A stretch of DNA of 64,000 nt from Isurus oxyrinchus (GCA_026770705.1 JANJGN010000015.1:95728001-95792000), one strand, 5' to 3'; counted from the first letter of the stretch, positions 1 through 13,478 are shown. Numbers and translations: made by a program. Notes: generated by a model from the sequence alone, not told the origin.

Positions 1-612
1 GAGCTTTATGTATAGAGGCATAGAGTACAAAAGCAAGGGACTTAGTGAACCTTTAAAACTTTTTAGTTAGGCCTCAACTGGAGTATCGTGTCCAATTCTG
101 AGCAACGCACTTTAGGAAGAATGTGAAAGCATTGGAGAGGGTACAGAAGATTACGAGAATTGTACCAAGAATAAGACACTTCAGTTACATTGATAAATTT
201 GTGAAGCTGGGGCTGTTCTTAGCAAAGAGATGATTGAGAGGAAATTTGATAGAGATGTTCAAAATCATGAGAGGTCTTGAGCAAACAGTTGGGGAGAAAC
301 TGTGCCCTTTGGCAGACAGGTCAAAAACCAGAGGACACCGATTTAAGGTGATTGACCAAAGAACCAGAGGTGATGTAAGGAAAAACTTTTTAAACACTGC
401 AAATGGTTAGAATCTGGAATGCATTGCCTGAGAGAATGGTGGAGGCACATTCAATCATGGCTTTCAAAAGGGAATTGGGTAAATATTAGAAAAGAAAGTT
501 TTGCAGGGCTATGGGAAAAGGCCGAGAAGTGGGACTAATGCTGTCACAGAGAACTGGCACAAGATAATGGATTGAATGGCCTCCTCCTCTGGTGTAACCA
601 TTCTATGATTTC
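1..612 (+). mobile_element. CR1-clade LINE, 3' fragment (RT C-terminus and 3' UTR), decayed
   Basis: Degenerate CR1 ORF2 C-terminal motifs (RGIEYKS, LVRPQLEYRVQF, LERVQ); ends in a TTCTATGA-type tail; runs off the window start. Confidence 0.85.
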
Positions 613-629
613 ACATGATTCCAGTTTCT

Positions 630-2960
630 CCCCAATTATTTGCTCTCAAGACCCCTCAGGATTTTGAACATCTCTATCAAATTGCCTCTCAATCATCTCT
701 TTGCTACGAACAGTCCCAGCCTCACAAATTTATCAATGTAACTGAACTGTCTCATTCACGGTAAAATTCTTGTAACCTTCTGTACCCTCTCCAATGCTTT
801 CACATTCTTCCTAAAGTGTGTTGCTCAGAATTGGATGCAATACTCGAGTTGAGGCCTAACTAAAAAGTTTTTAAGGTTCACCATAAGTTCCTTACTTTTG
901 TACTCTATGCCTCTATTTATAAAGCTCAGGATCCAGCATACATTATTAACTCAATCTGCCCTGCCAGCTTCAACAATTTGTGCAAATACCTCAGGTTCCT
1001 CTGCTATTGCACCCCCTTTAGAATTGTATGCTTTATTTTACCTTTCCTTGTTCTTCCTACCATAATGTATTACCTTGTTGAATATACTTAAAGCTAAGAT
1101 TTTGGTATTTCAGGAAATCATGGGATACGGACAGTGGAAGTGAAAGTGGAGTTGAAGCTGAAGATCAGCTATGATCATAACGAACAGCAGAGCAGCCTTG
1201 ACCAGCCTTATCGTCTACTCTCCTCCTATGTTCTTCCTTCATACTTCTCTTCATTAAATTTAATCTGCCATGTGTCGACCCATTCCAGCAGCCTGTCTAT
1301 GTCCTCTTAAAGTCTATCACCATCCTCCTCGCAGTTTTGTGTCATTGGCTAATTTTGAAATTGTGTCCTGCACACTCAAGTCGAGATCATCAATAAAAAT
1401 CAAGAAAAACAATGGTCCTTATACCAACCCCTGTAGAACCTCACTATATACCTTCCTCCAGTCCAAAATCAACCATTCACTATTTACCGTTTCTTGTCAC
1501 TCAGCCAACCTTGTACTCATGCTGCCAATTTCCCTCTTATTCCATGGACTTCAACTGATACGAAGTACCCATTTAGTACCTTAGCCCTACCCCCGCCTTC
1601 ACATGCAAATCCTCTTTATGGTCCCTAATCAGTCCTATTCCTCCTTTATCATCCTTTTACTATTTATGGCTATAGGAGTCTTCTGGGTTCTTTTTTACCC
1701 GAGGACTGTGGAAGCTCAGTCATTGAGTGTGTTTAAAGTAGAGATTGACAGATTTTGGAATACCAAATAAGTAAAGGGACATGGGGCTAGTGTGGGAAAA
1801 AGGCATTGAAGTGGATGATCAGACTTGATCATATTGAATGGCAGAGCAAGCTCGATGGGCTGCATGGCCTGCTCCTACATTCCTATGTTGGCTTCTAGCC
1901 TCTTCTCATACATTTGCTTCTTTTGTTTTTTTTTTCCACTTCCCTTCTGAACCTTCTATATTAAATTTGGTTCTCACTTGTATTATCAACCTGGCACCTG
2001 TCATACATGTCCCTTTTCTGCTTCATCTTACTGCCCATCTCTTTCATCATCCAAGGGGCTCTGGATTTATTTCTCCAACCTTTCCCACTCGTTGCAATGT
2101 ACCTTGACTGTCTCCAAATTGTCTGCTCTTTAAAGGCAGCCTATTGTTCAGTTACAGTTTTGTCTGTTGATTCCAATTTTCTTGAGTCAGATCCGTTCTC
2201 ACCTCACTGAAATTGGCCTGCCCCAGTTAATTTTTATTCTGGATTGCTCCTTGCTTTTTTTTCATAGCTAACCTAAACCTTACAATACTATCATCTTGGG
2301 CACTAAATGTTCCCCTCCTGACATGATCCATTTGTCCCATCTCATTCCCTAGAACGAGTTTCAGTAATGCCTCCTTTCTCATTGGACAGGAAGCATACTG
2401 ATATTAAAAAAAATCCTGAACACACTTCACAAACTCTTCCCCCTCTCTGCACTTTACAATTATACTATCCCAGCCAGTAGAGTTTTTGCACTGCTGTGCA
2501 ATTTTCTTGCAAATTTGTTTCTTTATATCTTTCCCGCTAGTTGGTGATCTAGTGAATACATCCAGTAGTGTACTGGCATTTCTTTGTTCTCTTAGCTGTA
2601 ACCAATTAGATTCTGTCCTTGACCCCTCTAAGGCATCCTCCATCTCCAGCACCTTCATTAATATTACCATCCATCCTCCTTTCTTTCCTTCCCCATCATT
2701 CCTGAACATCTTGTATTCAGGAATATTTAGTACCGAGTCCTGTCCTTTTTTTAAAAAAAACTAGGTCTCTTGTCGTCACCACAATATCGTATTCCCACAT
2801 GGCTACCTATGCCTGCAGTTCATCAAACTTCTTTACTACACTCTGTGCATTCACATACATGCACAGTATACCCAATTTAGGCCTTTAATGCATTTCTCTT
2901 ATTCTGACCACACCTAATACCTTACTATTTCTTACATTAGCACTATCTGTCTCTCCCAAT
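630..2960 (-). mobile_element. Fragmented CR1 LINE (RT and APE endonuclease remnants) interrupted by two plus-strand CR1 3' tails (~1075-1235, ~1700-1890)
   Basis: Minus strand repeats the RT C-terminal motifs seen at 1-612; ORF 2404..2709(-) resembles CR1 endonuclease (RSPTSGKDIKKQIC, EGEEFVKCVQD). Confidence 0.75.
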
Positions 2961-2969
2961 TCTTTGTGC

Positions 2970-3590
2970 AGCTAATTCCACTTTCCAGCTCTTGGCCCAT
3001 AGCTTTGTAGGCTACAGCATTTCAGGTGAATAACTAAGTATTCTTAATTACAATGAAGATTTCTGCCTCAAGAGTGAGTTCCAGACTCCCCCCATCTTCT
3101 GGGTGAAAAATTTTCACTGCAATTCCCCTCAAATCCTTCTACAAATTATTTTAAATCTATGCCCCTTAGTTATTGACTTCACTGCTAAGGGGAATAGGCC
3201 TTTCCTATCTACTCCATCTAGTCCCCTCATGATTTCATAAACTTCAATTAAATCTCCCCTCAGTTTCCTCTGTTCCAAAGGAAACAATCCCAGCCTATCC
3301 AACCTTTCTTCATAGAGACAATTCTCCATTCCCGGCAAAATCCTCATAAATATCATCTGAACCCTCTCTGGAGTGACCACATCCTTCCTGTAGTGCAATG
3401 GCCAGAACTAGAACAGTACACTAGCTGTGCTCTAACTAGTGTTTTATACAGTTCTAGCTTCCTTGCTTTTATATTCTTCACCTCAAATAAAGGAAAAGTA
3501 ACCCACGTGCCTTCTTAATCACTTCTAACTATCCTGCTATCTACAGAGTCCTGTGGACATGCACTCCAAGGTCCCTCTGTTTCTCTACAG
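2970..3590 (-). mobile_element. CR1 LINE 3' fragment
   Basis: ORF 3129..3398(-): YEERLDRLGLFPLEQRKLRGDLIEVYEIMRG; ORF 3541..3798(-) ends QRDLGVHVHRTL. Confidence 0.85.
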
Positions 3591-5454
3591 GAGTTGCATT
3601 TTGTGCAGGAGCAGAAAAGTCAAGGGATAAGTCTACCTGCTCTTGATCTGCTTGCCCCAAGTTATTTAATGGCTGTTGGGCCTTTAATTGGTTTGAACTG
3701 GCACATCCACCCCAGAAAGGAAGTCTTGCCTCCAAGAACTGCCAATCAAATGGCTCCCAACTATCATCCCAAGCAATGCCAATGGGAACAGTGGCCAAAG
3801 CTGGGAATGTATGCAGTACTGAAGAGGAGATGCTAAGTCAGAACATTCAGTCAAGTATATGGTCTCACTGGGGCCAGGAGGGCAAGTGCTGGCAAAGGGG
3901 GTGGAGGTGGGAAAGCGCAAGGGAGCTGGGATTCCAATTGGCATAGGGGCCTGGATTTTCATTCTTGAGGTGGGGAGGGAGAAGTTGGAAAAATTCGCAG
4001 CTAGGGAGAAAGTGCCCTCAAAGGCAGAATCTTTATTGCTGGGGGCAGCTGTGGCTGGAGTTGGGCCAGCTGATCCACAAAAAAGTGTGAGGCAGCCACA
4101 GGGGTTAGGTATGGAGGCAGGGTGTTTAAAAAGCCCATCTCAGTGCCATGGGATTTTGTCCTAGCTAAAATAACACAAAGGCCCTCCATCTCTTACCCTT
4201 TGTTCCCCCTTCATCCTCCAAATACCCATGCCCCATCCATGCTGCCTCATGCATCCCACCCACCCCTATGCCCCCTCATGTCCCCTATGCAAGCTCTGTC
4301 CTTCCACCCACTCCTATAGCCCTTCATTGCCCCATGCCAAGATTTGGCACTTCCATGTCCATTGATCCACTGTACACTTTCTAGAACCACTGAACCCTAT
4401 AGTGCAGTGTATAATAGTATGTATAAAAATGCTTTGAAAAAAAAGTAATTCATTGAGAACTTTCTCCGATGTTTGGAAAAAAAAAGTCTGGACTGCAAGC
4501 TAATAAAAGTGACAATCATCAAAGCCCTTTGAAATTTCAGAAACCACAAATCATAAACCATTGAAACCACAACTTGTGTAAATAAACATTGTGAAATTGA
4601 CTGCAGATTGACCCAGGGAAAAGCCTCAATGTTATTGCAATTGCGCAGCTTTTCCCTGAATTAATGCAAGTGTGGTGGAGGTGTGTGCTCTATTGAATGT
4701 CCTCTTCATTTGCTGCCCTTGAGAGGGTGGTGGTGAGCTGCCTTCTTGAATCAGTATGGTGTGTGTAGTGAAGGTATTACTACATTGATTAGGTAGGAAC
4801 TTCCAGAATTTTGATTCGGTGTTGATTAAGGAATGGTGACATGTTTCCAATCAAGATAGTGTGTGACTTTGGTCTGCTGACCAAAGTTGGTGCAAGAGGG
4901 AAAAACAACTAGCGTTACTATCTTGTCACTCCTGCTGGAAAATGTTTAGCATGATGCCATTTGGGACTAAATAGGCAGTCAACATATATTAAAAGATACA
5001 TGTGAAAAATGGCCACTTCAGGCTGCCAGAATCTGAACAAGATGCCAGTGCCTTTAGGAAGGGGAAGGTAGAAAAGGAGAGAGAGAAGAAAAACAAAAGA
5101 ATATATCAACACGTGTTCAAACTACAGATTCACAACATTCCTGGAAAACATCCTACAGCACCCTTCTTAAGAGCTGGCTCAGTTCCAAGGAATACCTTGT
5201 ACAGATTTACCATATATTAAAACTGCAGACTCCTTGGTCCCACGATTCAATCTCAAGGCAACCTGCCATTACATTGCAGCTCCAGGTTTCAATATAATGC
5301 CCTCAGATATTAATTACCTAATGAGGCAATTTTTTTAATAAACTGGAGGATAAAAGTAGTAAAGCTTCTGATTCCAGTAACTTGTTTTATTTTTTTTCTT
5401 CTCTACTTTTAAACACACTAATTTTACCACATAAATTGAAAACAACATATTTGC

Positions 5455-5835
5455 AAGATCGCCTGCCTCACCACTTTATTTTACCTAAATCTCCTCATCT
5501 CTAATTCCTTCAGCCCTACAACTCTCCAGTATTTCCATGCTCCTCTAATTTTGGCCTTTTGAGTTTTCCAGATTTCAATCGCTCCATTATTCATGGCACT
5601 GCTTTCAGCTGCCAAGGCCCTAAGCTCCAGAATTCCCTCGCTAAACCTCTCCCCCTCACCCCAACCGCTCTTCCCCCTTTAAGACCCTCGTTAGAACCTA
5701 ACTCATTGACCAAGCTCTCTTCTGTTAATCTGTGTTAATTTCTCCTTACGTGGCACGGTGTAAAATTTTGCTTTCTCACACTTCTGTGAAGTACCTTGGG
5801 ACATTTTATTACATTAAAAGTACTTAATAAACACG
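5455..5835 (+). mobile_element. L2-type LINE 3' end
   Basis: GCTTTCAGCTGCCAAGGCCCTAAGCTCCAGAATTCCCT motif, similar in reverse to copies at 15.6-16.0 kb and 22.1-22.4 kb. Confidence 0.7.
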
Positions 5836-6580
5836 AGTCGCGGTTGAGAAATTAAGTTATGGGAAAAAATAATCAATAACACAACCTAAATTCAGTAAAC
5901 CTACACCAGCAGTATAAACTATGAGCCAAAGGCTAATAAAATCTCGCCAAAAGGGAGTGAGTCAGTTTCAAACCTTTTGCTCCTATCCCTCTGTCAAATA
6001 CTGTAACTGCTCACCTGGAATTCCCAAAACTTGCACTCAAAGCACCATAATAGCTTAAACCATTTACAAGACGGGCCACCTTATAGGTTTGCAAAAGAGG
6101 TAATTTACTTGTGTGTGCGCGCGTGTGTTTTATATGTATTAAAGCAAATGGTGTTGTATACCTACTAAGATTAAACCTCTACCAACAGTACTAAAACGAA
6201 ACGGAAACACATCGTCAAATAAACCCAGCAGCTTCAATCTTCCCCCATCGACCCCCCCCCCCCCCCTCCCCCGATAGCCAACAAATCAAAATAAATCAGT
6301 GAGCATCAATAAATATGAGACTAGTTAAGGACAGATATGCATTATTCCAGAAAATCTATGGCGTTAATACATACCTTTGAGAAGGGAAGGAAACAATGTT
6401 AATCTTCGATTAAAACATTATGATTAAATACAGAAACAGTTGTCACCTCCACATTAGGTCGTAAATCAGTTAACTTAAAATACGAGCTATTCCAGAAAGG
6501 TGAACATCTCAGCAAAACGAATGTATTTCCATGCATACACTCTTTGTTCACAGATTATACACTAAAACAATCTTACTTAC

Positions 6581-6640
6581 CAATTTGAATGCGTTTTCCT
6601 CGCGCGTGATGCAGCAACGGGAACAGTCTTCAATGGACAT
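6581..6640 (-). CDS. Putative coding part of the first exon of an unidentified host gene (MSIEDCSRCCITREENAFKL)
   Basis: First minus-strand ATG downstream of the CpG island; 20 open codons end exactly at a consensus donor TTG|GTAAGT (6580-6575). Kozak context is weak, so the exon may be all 5' UTR. Confidence 0.4.
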
Positions 6641-7320
6641 AGATGGTCAAATGGTAAATAAGTAAGCGGAATTTGAAAAATGTACTGAGGTGTTTCTACT
6701 TCAGTGGATATTAAAAGTTATTAAGATTTAATTTTCGGAGGAGCTTCTGAAGAGCCCCTGGAGCTCGCGCTTCAGTGACAGTTGGAGCGGGAGGGACGGC
6801 AGCCCCGAGCGCGAGCCGGCTTTGGAGCGCGAGCCCGGGATGCGATTCCTGTTTGGATCGCGAGCCCAACAGTTCCTAACTGTCAGAATGGGAGTCGGTG
6901 ATCTCGGGCTGCTGTGTTTGCAACGCGGATCCAACAGCTCGAGCTAAAAAAAAATCCTCACAGCCCCAGCCCACGCTCCGCTTTTTGTTTTGGTTAGCGG
7001 GGCACCGGCGCGCACCAAACCTCCGCCACAAAAGGTAAACTCTCACTTCGGAGCAGCCGGGCGACCCGTCTCCACTCCACCCAGCTCTCCACGGACGGGT
7101 GCGTGCTTGACTTCTGAAGCCCGCCTTGGTTTGCAAAGAGCAGCCACCTCTCGCTGCAAGAGTGAAACACTCTGTTAACTGGTGCTCTGTGCTGACGGAC
7201 GACCCCATGCATTTCATCAGGTTGGTGCGGTCTTACTATTTATTAATCTCCAGGCAGCTCTTCCGTTTCTTACACAGTTTGGGCATGAGGTGGTGAACGA
7301 TGCTCAGGGTGCTGCTGAAG
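6595..7320. promoter_or_regulatory. CpG island, probable promoter and first exon
   Basis: Sharp CpG/GC enrichment (CGCG, GCGCG clusters) in non-repetitive sequence inside a CpG-depleted window; strong splice donor next to it. Confidence 0.75.
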
Positions 7321-8461
7321 AAACAAGCTATTGAAAATAAGAGCAATATAACACTTTCATAAATGCAAGCGAATGTATTCTGCACGCAAATCCAGATTAA
7401 TCCAGAAAGCTACAAAATGTGGAGGCAGGCGCAGGGTTTTTTCTGTTTAAAAAAACGGCGGGGAATAACTAAATAATTTAAAAACCTTTTTTCAGTCATT
7501 TTCTTACACACAACAGCTAGATGACCTGGATTTTTTTTTAATAAAGAGTTTAGCTGCTTGGCTCTTAGGAGCAAATGAGATTTCCCCCTAGGTTGATAGT
7601 TTGTGTGTTTTGGGTTTGGGTATTCCACGGTGCATTGTTCTATTCACACAACATTGGTGGGAATTATTTTTCCTTTATAAAAATAAAAGCTTCAATGGAA
7701 TGTTCTGAGGATTTTTTCCCCCAAGCAAGTCCCTTTATTCTGCTATAACAGCACTACAAAGTATTAATACAAAACTTTTCACGTTTGTTTTCGAATAAAC
7801 GAAAATAGTTTTAGCACCAATTGTCCGCAGTGGCATTAATCATTACATGATTGCACTCCCTCTGGTCACTAACGTGGTAAAATTACTTGCAATACGGTTT
7901 AACAGCGACAATGGAAATATTGCAACTGCAGAGGGCAGAATGATGTGCCCATTATGTTGTGCATTGCTGTCACTACGAACCTAAGCGAATGCCCCAAGGG
8001 CAAATACACCATTAGTAAAGAAAGTTAACCCGAGGGGAAAAAATCTCAGTACAAGGTAGTTTTGCTTCATAGGTGCTTGTATGCTTTGTTGATTTTAGCT
8101 GTAGTTAATTGTGAAGTGCGTTTACAAGACTTTATTTTAATTACCTCCTTCAAACCCGATCTCTGGCTCCTCCTTTAAGTATGCCTTAAAATTGGGATTA
8201 ATGGTTGAGTTTACAGGACATTCTTAGCTTTAACTGGCAATTTTGCAGTTTATATCGATGAAACTAATATTCTGTTTCTGGGTCGTTATGAACACAAACT
8301 TTTCAATTCAATTGTTAATCACAAAAGCAAGTTTTCTAATGCTTCATTTATGTACAATGAGTTGTAAATTCTACTTCTTGTATATGGCGATCTACTACAG
8401 CATGAAGTAAGTGAAGGATTATGGTTACTAGAGGTATGACAACATTGTGACTATGTTCCTG

Positions 8462-8560
8462 GAATAAAAACTGAGAATGCCTGAAATGCTCAAGTCAGGC
8501 AGCGTTTATAGAGAGTAAGAGCTAACGTTTCAAGTTAACGATGATCCTTCGTCAGAACTT
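8462..8560 (-). mobile_element. Decayed Penelope-type terminal repeat with hammerhead ribozyme remnant
   Basis: Minus strand reads AGTT CTGACGA AGGATCATCGTTAACTT GAAAC GTT AGCT followed by the tail shared with the 14 kb element family. Confidence 0.6.
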
Positions 8561-8562
8561 AT

Positions 8563-8925
8563 TACCGGGCTAGTTACTCAAAGCCAATGGTTAATTTCCA
8601 CCAGGACAGCTGGGGATTGAAATTCAGTTAATTAAATAAAATCTGAAACAAAAAGCTAGTACCAGTAATGGTGACATGAAACTACTGGAGAGTGCGCGAA
8701 AACCTATTTGTTCACTAATACTCGTTGGGGAAAGGAAATCTGCCGTCTTCACCAGGTCTGGCTATTATGTGTCTTCAGACCTACAGCAACATGGTTGATT
8801 GTTAACTACCCCCTGAAATGGCTTAGCGAGCCATTCAGTTGTATTCAATAAAGGGCTCACCAACAGCTTCTCATGGGCAATAAACGCATGCTGTAACCAG
8901 CGAACCTACATTCTATTAGTTTATA
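8563..8925 (+). mobile_element. SINE-like repeat with an L2-like LINE tail
   Basis: Core GGAAATCTGCCGTCTTCACCAGGTCTGGC is similar to 45440-45490; tail ATGGGCAATAAA is shared with the LINE at 45.7 kb. Confidence 0.6.
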
Positions 8926-9347
8926 ATAATTGGGATATTTCCACTGATTTGTAACAGCAAGAATAATTCAATTAACAGAGTAAAAATCTCAGATAGCAAA
9001 GAAAATTATGTGACTGTGCCCATGCACATTGTTATCCAACATCTTTCTCATTGTTCAGTTCATAGTGATTAAAGTGGAATTTAAGACCCACTACCCCTAG
9101 TTGGTCCCAACTCTGCAGCATTTAACTCGTTCCTTAAAGTTTAACCCCTTTTGCACAGCTTAACTTAACACAGAAACCTAGGGCTTAATCATCAACCCAA
9201 CATCAACATTAGTATTGAAGTTTTACAGGAATTAGGTATTCCACTATGCGCACCAGCAGAAGGAGAGAGAGGAAGCAGCAGCAATCTCCAGATGGTTCTG
9301 AGACAAATACAAAAACATCACTTGCACTATCAACAAGCTGATCTGGG

Positions 9348-12190
9348 AGCATAAGACAAATTTAGAAAATAGGAGTCCTTCAAGCCTGCTCCACCATTCA
9401 ATATGATCATAGCTGATCCTCTATCTCAATGCTGTACTCCATAGAACCATATAAAAATTACAGCACAGAATGAGGCCATTCAGCCCATCTTGTCCATGCC
9501 AGCTTGTGGATACCCAGATGCCCTTTCTAATCCCACCTTCCTGAACCCGGCCCATAGTCCTGCAGTTTACAGCACTTTAGATGCAGATCCAGGTACTTTT
9601 CAAGAGTTTAGAGTTTCTGCCTCTACCACCAACTTGGGCAGCAATTTCCAGACACACAATACCCTCTGCGTAAAAAAGTTCTTCCTCATGTCCCCCCTAC
9701 ATCTTCTGCCACTTACCTTGAATCTATGTCCCCTGGTTCTAGAATTCTCCATCAAGAGAAACAATTTTATCCTGTCCACTATCCATTCCCCTCATAATTT
9801 TGTACATCTCAATCAAGTCACCTCCCAGCCTTCTTTGTTCTAAGGAAAATAACCCCAACCTATCCAATTTCTCCGCATAGCTACACTTTTCTAACCCTAG
9901 CAACATTCTTGTAAACCTCCTCTGCACTCTCTCCAGAGCTATTATGTCCTTACTGCTCTCTCCCCCCATACCCCTTGTCACCTTTAGAGTCCAGAAATAT
10001 ATTTCTTTCTCAAATATAGTCAGTGACTTGGCCTCTACCTTCTGTGGTAGAGAATTCCATAGATTTGCCACCCTCTGAGTGAAGAAGTTTCTCCTCATCT
10101 CAATCCTAAATGGGCTACCCCTTAACCTGAGACTGTGACCCCTTGTTCTATAACCCCCAGTCAGAGGAAACATCATCCCTGCATCCAGTCTGTCCAACCA
10201 TGTCAGAATTTTATACATTTCGGGGAGATCCCCTCTCATTCTTCTAAACTCCAGTGAATACAGGCCTAGTTGACCCAATCTTTCCTCATATGACAATCCT
10301 GCCATCCCAGGAATCAGCCTGGGGAATCTTCGCTGCACTCCCTCCATGGCAAGTATATCCTTTCTTAGGTAAGGAGACCAAAACTGCACTCAATACTCCA
10401 GGTGTGGTCTCACCAAGGCTCTGTATAACTGCAGTAAGACATCCTTGCTCCTGTATTCAAGCTCTCTCACAATGAAGGCTTGTCTTTTTAAGTGCTTGCT
10501 GCACCTGCATGGTTGCTTGCTTTCAGTGATCAGTGTACAAGGGCACCTGGATCCCTTTGTACATCAATATTTCCCAATCTATTATCATTTAAATAATACT
10601 CTGCCATTCTGTTTTTCCTACCAAAGTGGATAACCTCACACTTATCCAGGTTATACTGCATCTGCCATGTATTTTCCCACTCACTCAACCTGTCTAAATC
10701 AACTTGAAGCCACTTAACACCTTCCTCACCACTTACATTCCATCAAGTTTCATTTGGACAAACTGAGTGAGTGGGCAAATGCATGGCAGATGCAGTATAA
10801 TGTGGATAAATGCAAGGTTATCTATTTTGATAGCAAAAACAGGAAGGCAGATTATCTAAATGGCTTTAAATTGAGAGAGGGGAATGTGCAACAAAACCTG
10901 GGTATCCTTGTACACCAGTCGCTGAAGGTAGGCATGCAGGTGCAGCAGGCGGTAAAGAAGGCAAATGGTATGTTGGCCTTCATAGCCAGAGGTTTCAAGT
11001 ACAGGAACAGGGATGTCTTGCTGCAATTGTACAGGGCCTTGGTGAGACCACACCTGGAATATTGTGTGGAGTTTTGGTCTCCTTATCTGAGGAAGGATGT
11101 ACTTGCTATAGAGGGAGTGCAACAAAGGTTTCCCCGACTGATTCCTGGGATGGCGGGACTGACATATGAGGAGAGATTGAGTCAATTAGGATTATATTTC
11201 CTGGAGTTCAGAAGAATGAGTGGGGATCTCATAGAAACCTATAAAATTCTAACAGGACTAGATAGGGTAGATGCGGGAAGGATGTTTCTAATGGTGGGGG
11301 AGTCCAGAACCAGGGGTCACAGTCTGAGGATATGGGGTAGACCATTTAGGACTGAGATGAGGAGAAATTTCTTCACCCAGAGTGTGGTGAGCCTGTGGAA
11401 TTCATTACCACAGAAAGTAGTTGAGACTAAAACATTGTATGCTTTCAAGAAGGAGTTAGATATAGCTCTTGGGGCAAAAGGGATCAGAGGATATGGGGAG
11501 AAAGCAGGAGCAGGCTATTGAGTTGGATGATCAGCAATGATCATAATGAATGGCAGAGCAGGCTCGGAGGGCTGAATGTCCTGCTCCTAGTTTCTATGTT
11601 TTGATGTCATCAACAAACTTGGAAATGTTACATTTGGTTCCCTCATTCAAGTCATTGATATATATTGGGAATAGCTGGGCCCAAGCACTGATCCCTGAAG
11701 TACCCCACCAGTTACTGCCTGTGATTCCAAAAGAGACCCATTTATGCCTACTCTCCGTTTCCTGTCTGCTGACCAATTCTCAATCCATGTCAATGTATTA
11801 ACGTCCCCCACCACCCAATCCCATCCCATCCATGTGCTTTAATTTTACACACTAACCTCTTATGTGGGACTTTATCAAAAGCTTTCTGAAAATCCAAGTA
11901 CACCACATCGGCTGGTTCTCCCTTATCTATTCTTTTAGTTACATCCTCAAAAAAGTCCAGTCGATTTGTCAAACATGATATCCCTTTCATAAACCCATGT
12001 TGACTTTGTCTAATCCGATTGAAATTTTCTAAGTGTCCTGTTATCATATCTTTTATAATAGACTCTAGCATTTTCCGTACTACTGATGATAGGCTAACCG
12101 GTCTGTAATTCGTTGTTTTCTTGCTCCCCTTTTTTAAAAATAGTGGGGTTATATTTGCCACCCTACAATCTGCCGGGATTGTTCCAGAAG
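9348..12190 (-). mobile_element. CR1 LINE (RT region) with nested CR1 insertions at ~9440-9950(-) and 10752-11600(+)
   Basis: ORF 9739..10389(-) is a fusion of two CR1 C-termini; ORF 11790..12161(-) has NYRPVSLSSVV and VYLDFQKAFDKVPH; FVDDIK at ~11600. Confidence 0.9.
10752..11600 (+). mobile_element. 5'-truncated CR1 insertion with an uninterrupted 255-codon ORF2 C-terminus (10754..11521)
   Basis: LSEWANAWQMQYNVDKCKV, ALVRPHLEYCVEFWSPY, RRNFFTQSVVSLWNSLP, then CR1 3' UTR and TTTCTATG tail; splits the minus-strand host CR1. Confidence 0.92.
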
Positions 12191-13414
12191 TCTACAAAGC
12201 AAACTGGGAAATAGTATTGTCATATTCTTAAGCGATCCCATGGCCAATCAAGAAAAAAAAATCTGTAGAAATCGTGACATGTTTGGAAATCTTGTAAGAA
12301 AATGAAGGGTCGGTGTTATAAGCAGATAGTCAGGATTCAGTGAGGCATATCAGACGACCTCAGTCCACTTTAACTTCTGTCTGCAGGCCATAAAAAAAAA
12401 TCAAGAAATATTTACAGATTAACTCACAGAGCAAAGCCGAATGTGGAGAATGCTGTGTTTAAGTACCGTCCTGCAGTTCAGGCCGTAAAGATCCTGAAGC
12501 TTTGCACATGCATTTAAACTGGCACCACTCCATAGAATAATCAGGAGAGCAGTAGCAGCACAAGGTACGAAGCCATATGCAGAGCCCATAACACCATTTA
12601 ATGACTAAAGTCAGTGAGGCTCAATACTACACAGCATAAAATAGATGCCCACTGGCCCAGTTGCTCAGCGTTCCTGATCATTAACATTTTAATTATGCAC
12701 GCATGCATTGTCAGTTTGATTGGACCAACTGTTTTGGTAGTGCTCCTCGAGCAGAAGGGAATACTTTAAAAACTGATGCTTATTTTGCTGCGTTGAGGGA
12801 CTAATGCAATTTTATTGGTTCAAAATAACAAGAGAGCATTCCTGGTCGTCATCGAGTTAGATCATTTCGGCAGGGCACTTAAAAATTGATGTTAGAATCT
12901 TTGGGCTGGGGAGCTGAAGCGGCTTCCTGATTGCTGTTAAGTGAGTACGAGATTGTTCTCAGCCTTTTAAAGATGGCAGCCTGCTAACATGAGATATAAA
13001 CTGCTCTCCATCCGAAGTTATTGCTCTTGGGTGGAGTTAGAAATAGAAAAACTGAAATTTGGTTGAGCGAATGTTGCTGAATAAAAATGTAAAGGGAATT
13101 ATTTTCAAGTTTTGTTTTTAAAAATACTTGAGCAGGACTCAGCACGGATTGAACGATCAGAGTATATCTAAAGTTAAACATTGGATATAGGGCACTGAAA
13201 CAGGCCATTCTGCTCAACCACGCCATACCGACGTTTATGTTCTACTCCAGCCTCCTATCCTTGTGCCCAGCTGGACTTTCCATCCCCAAGCAACTATCAA
13301 ATCCAATATTTTAAACAGCACGATTCAATCACACTCCACCTTTTAAACTCAAAGGCATACAAGCCAATTCTATGCAAACTTGTTTCATAATTTACTTTTA
13401 ACCCCGGGATCATT

Positions 13415-13478
13415 TGGGTGAAATAAAAATAAAATAGTGCGGATGCTGGGTGAAATAAAAATAAAATAGTGCGGATGC
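13415..13478. repeat. Perfect 32-bp tandem duplication
   Basis: TGGGTGAAATAAAAATAAAATAGTGCGGATGC twice, at the end of a decayed Penelope-type repeat (~13425-13590) inside a CR1 fragment. Confidence 0.9.

Noticed and set aside
3595-4625. Possible Harbinger-derived MITE or coding ORFs (3859..4164)
   Set aside because: No TIR pair, TSD or protein motif could be defined; probably an old repeat, left uncalled.
6252-6273. Poly-C run as a G-quadruplex element
   Set aside because: Simple homopolymer with no further evidence of function.
9739-10389. 216-aa protein with a duplicated domain
   Set aside because: Accidental in-frame read-through between two nested CR1 3' ends.
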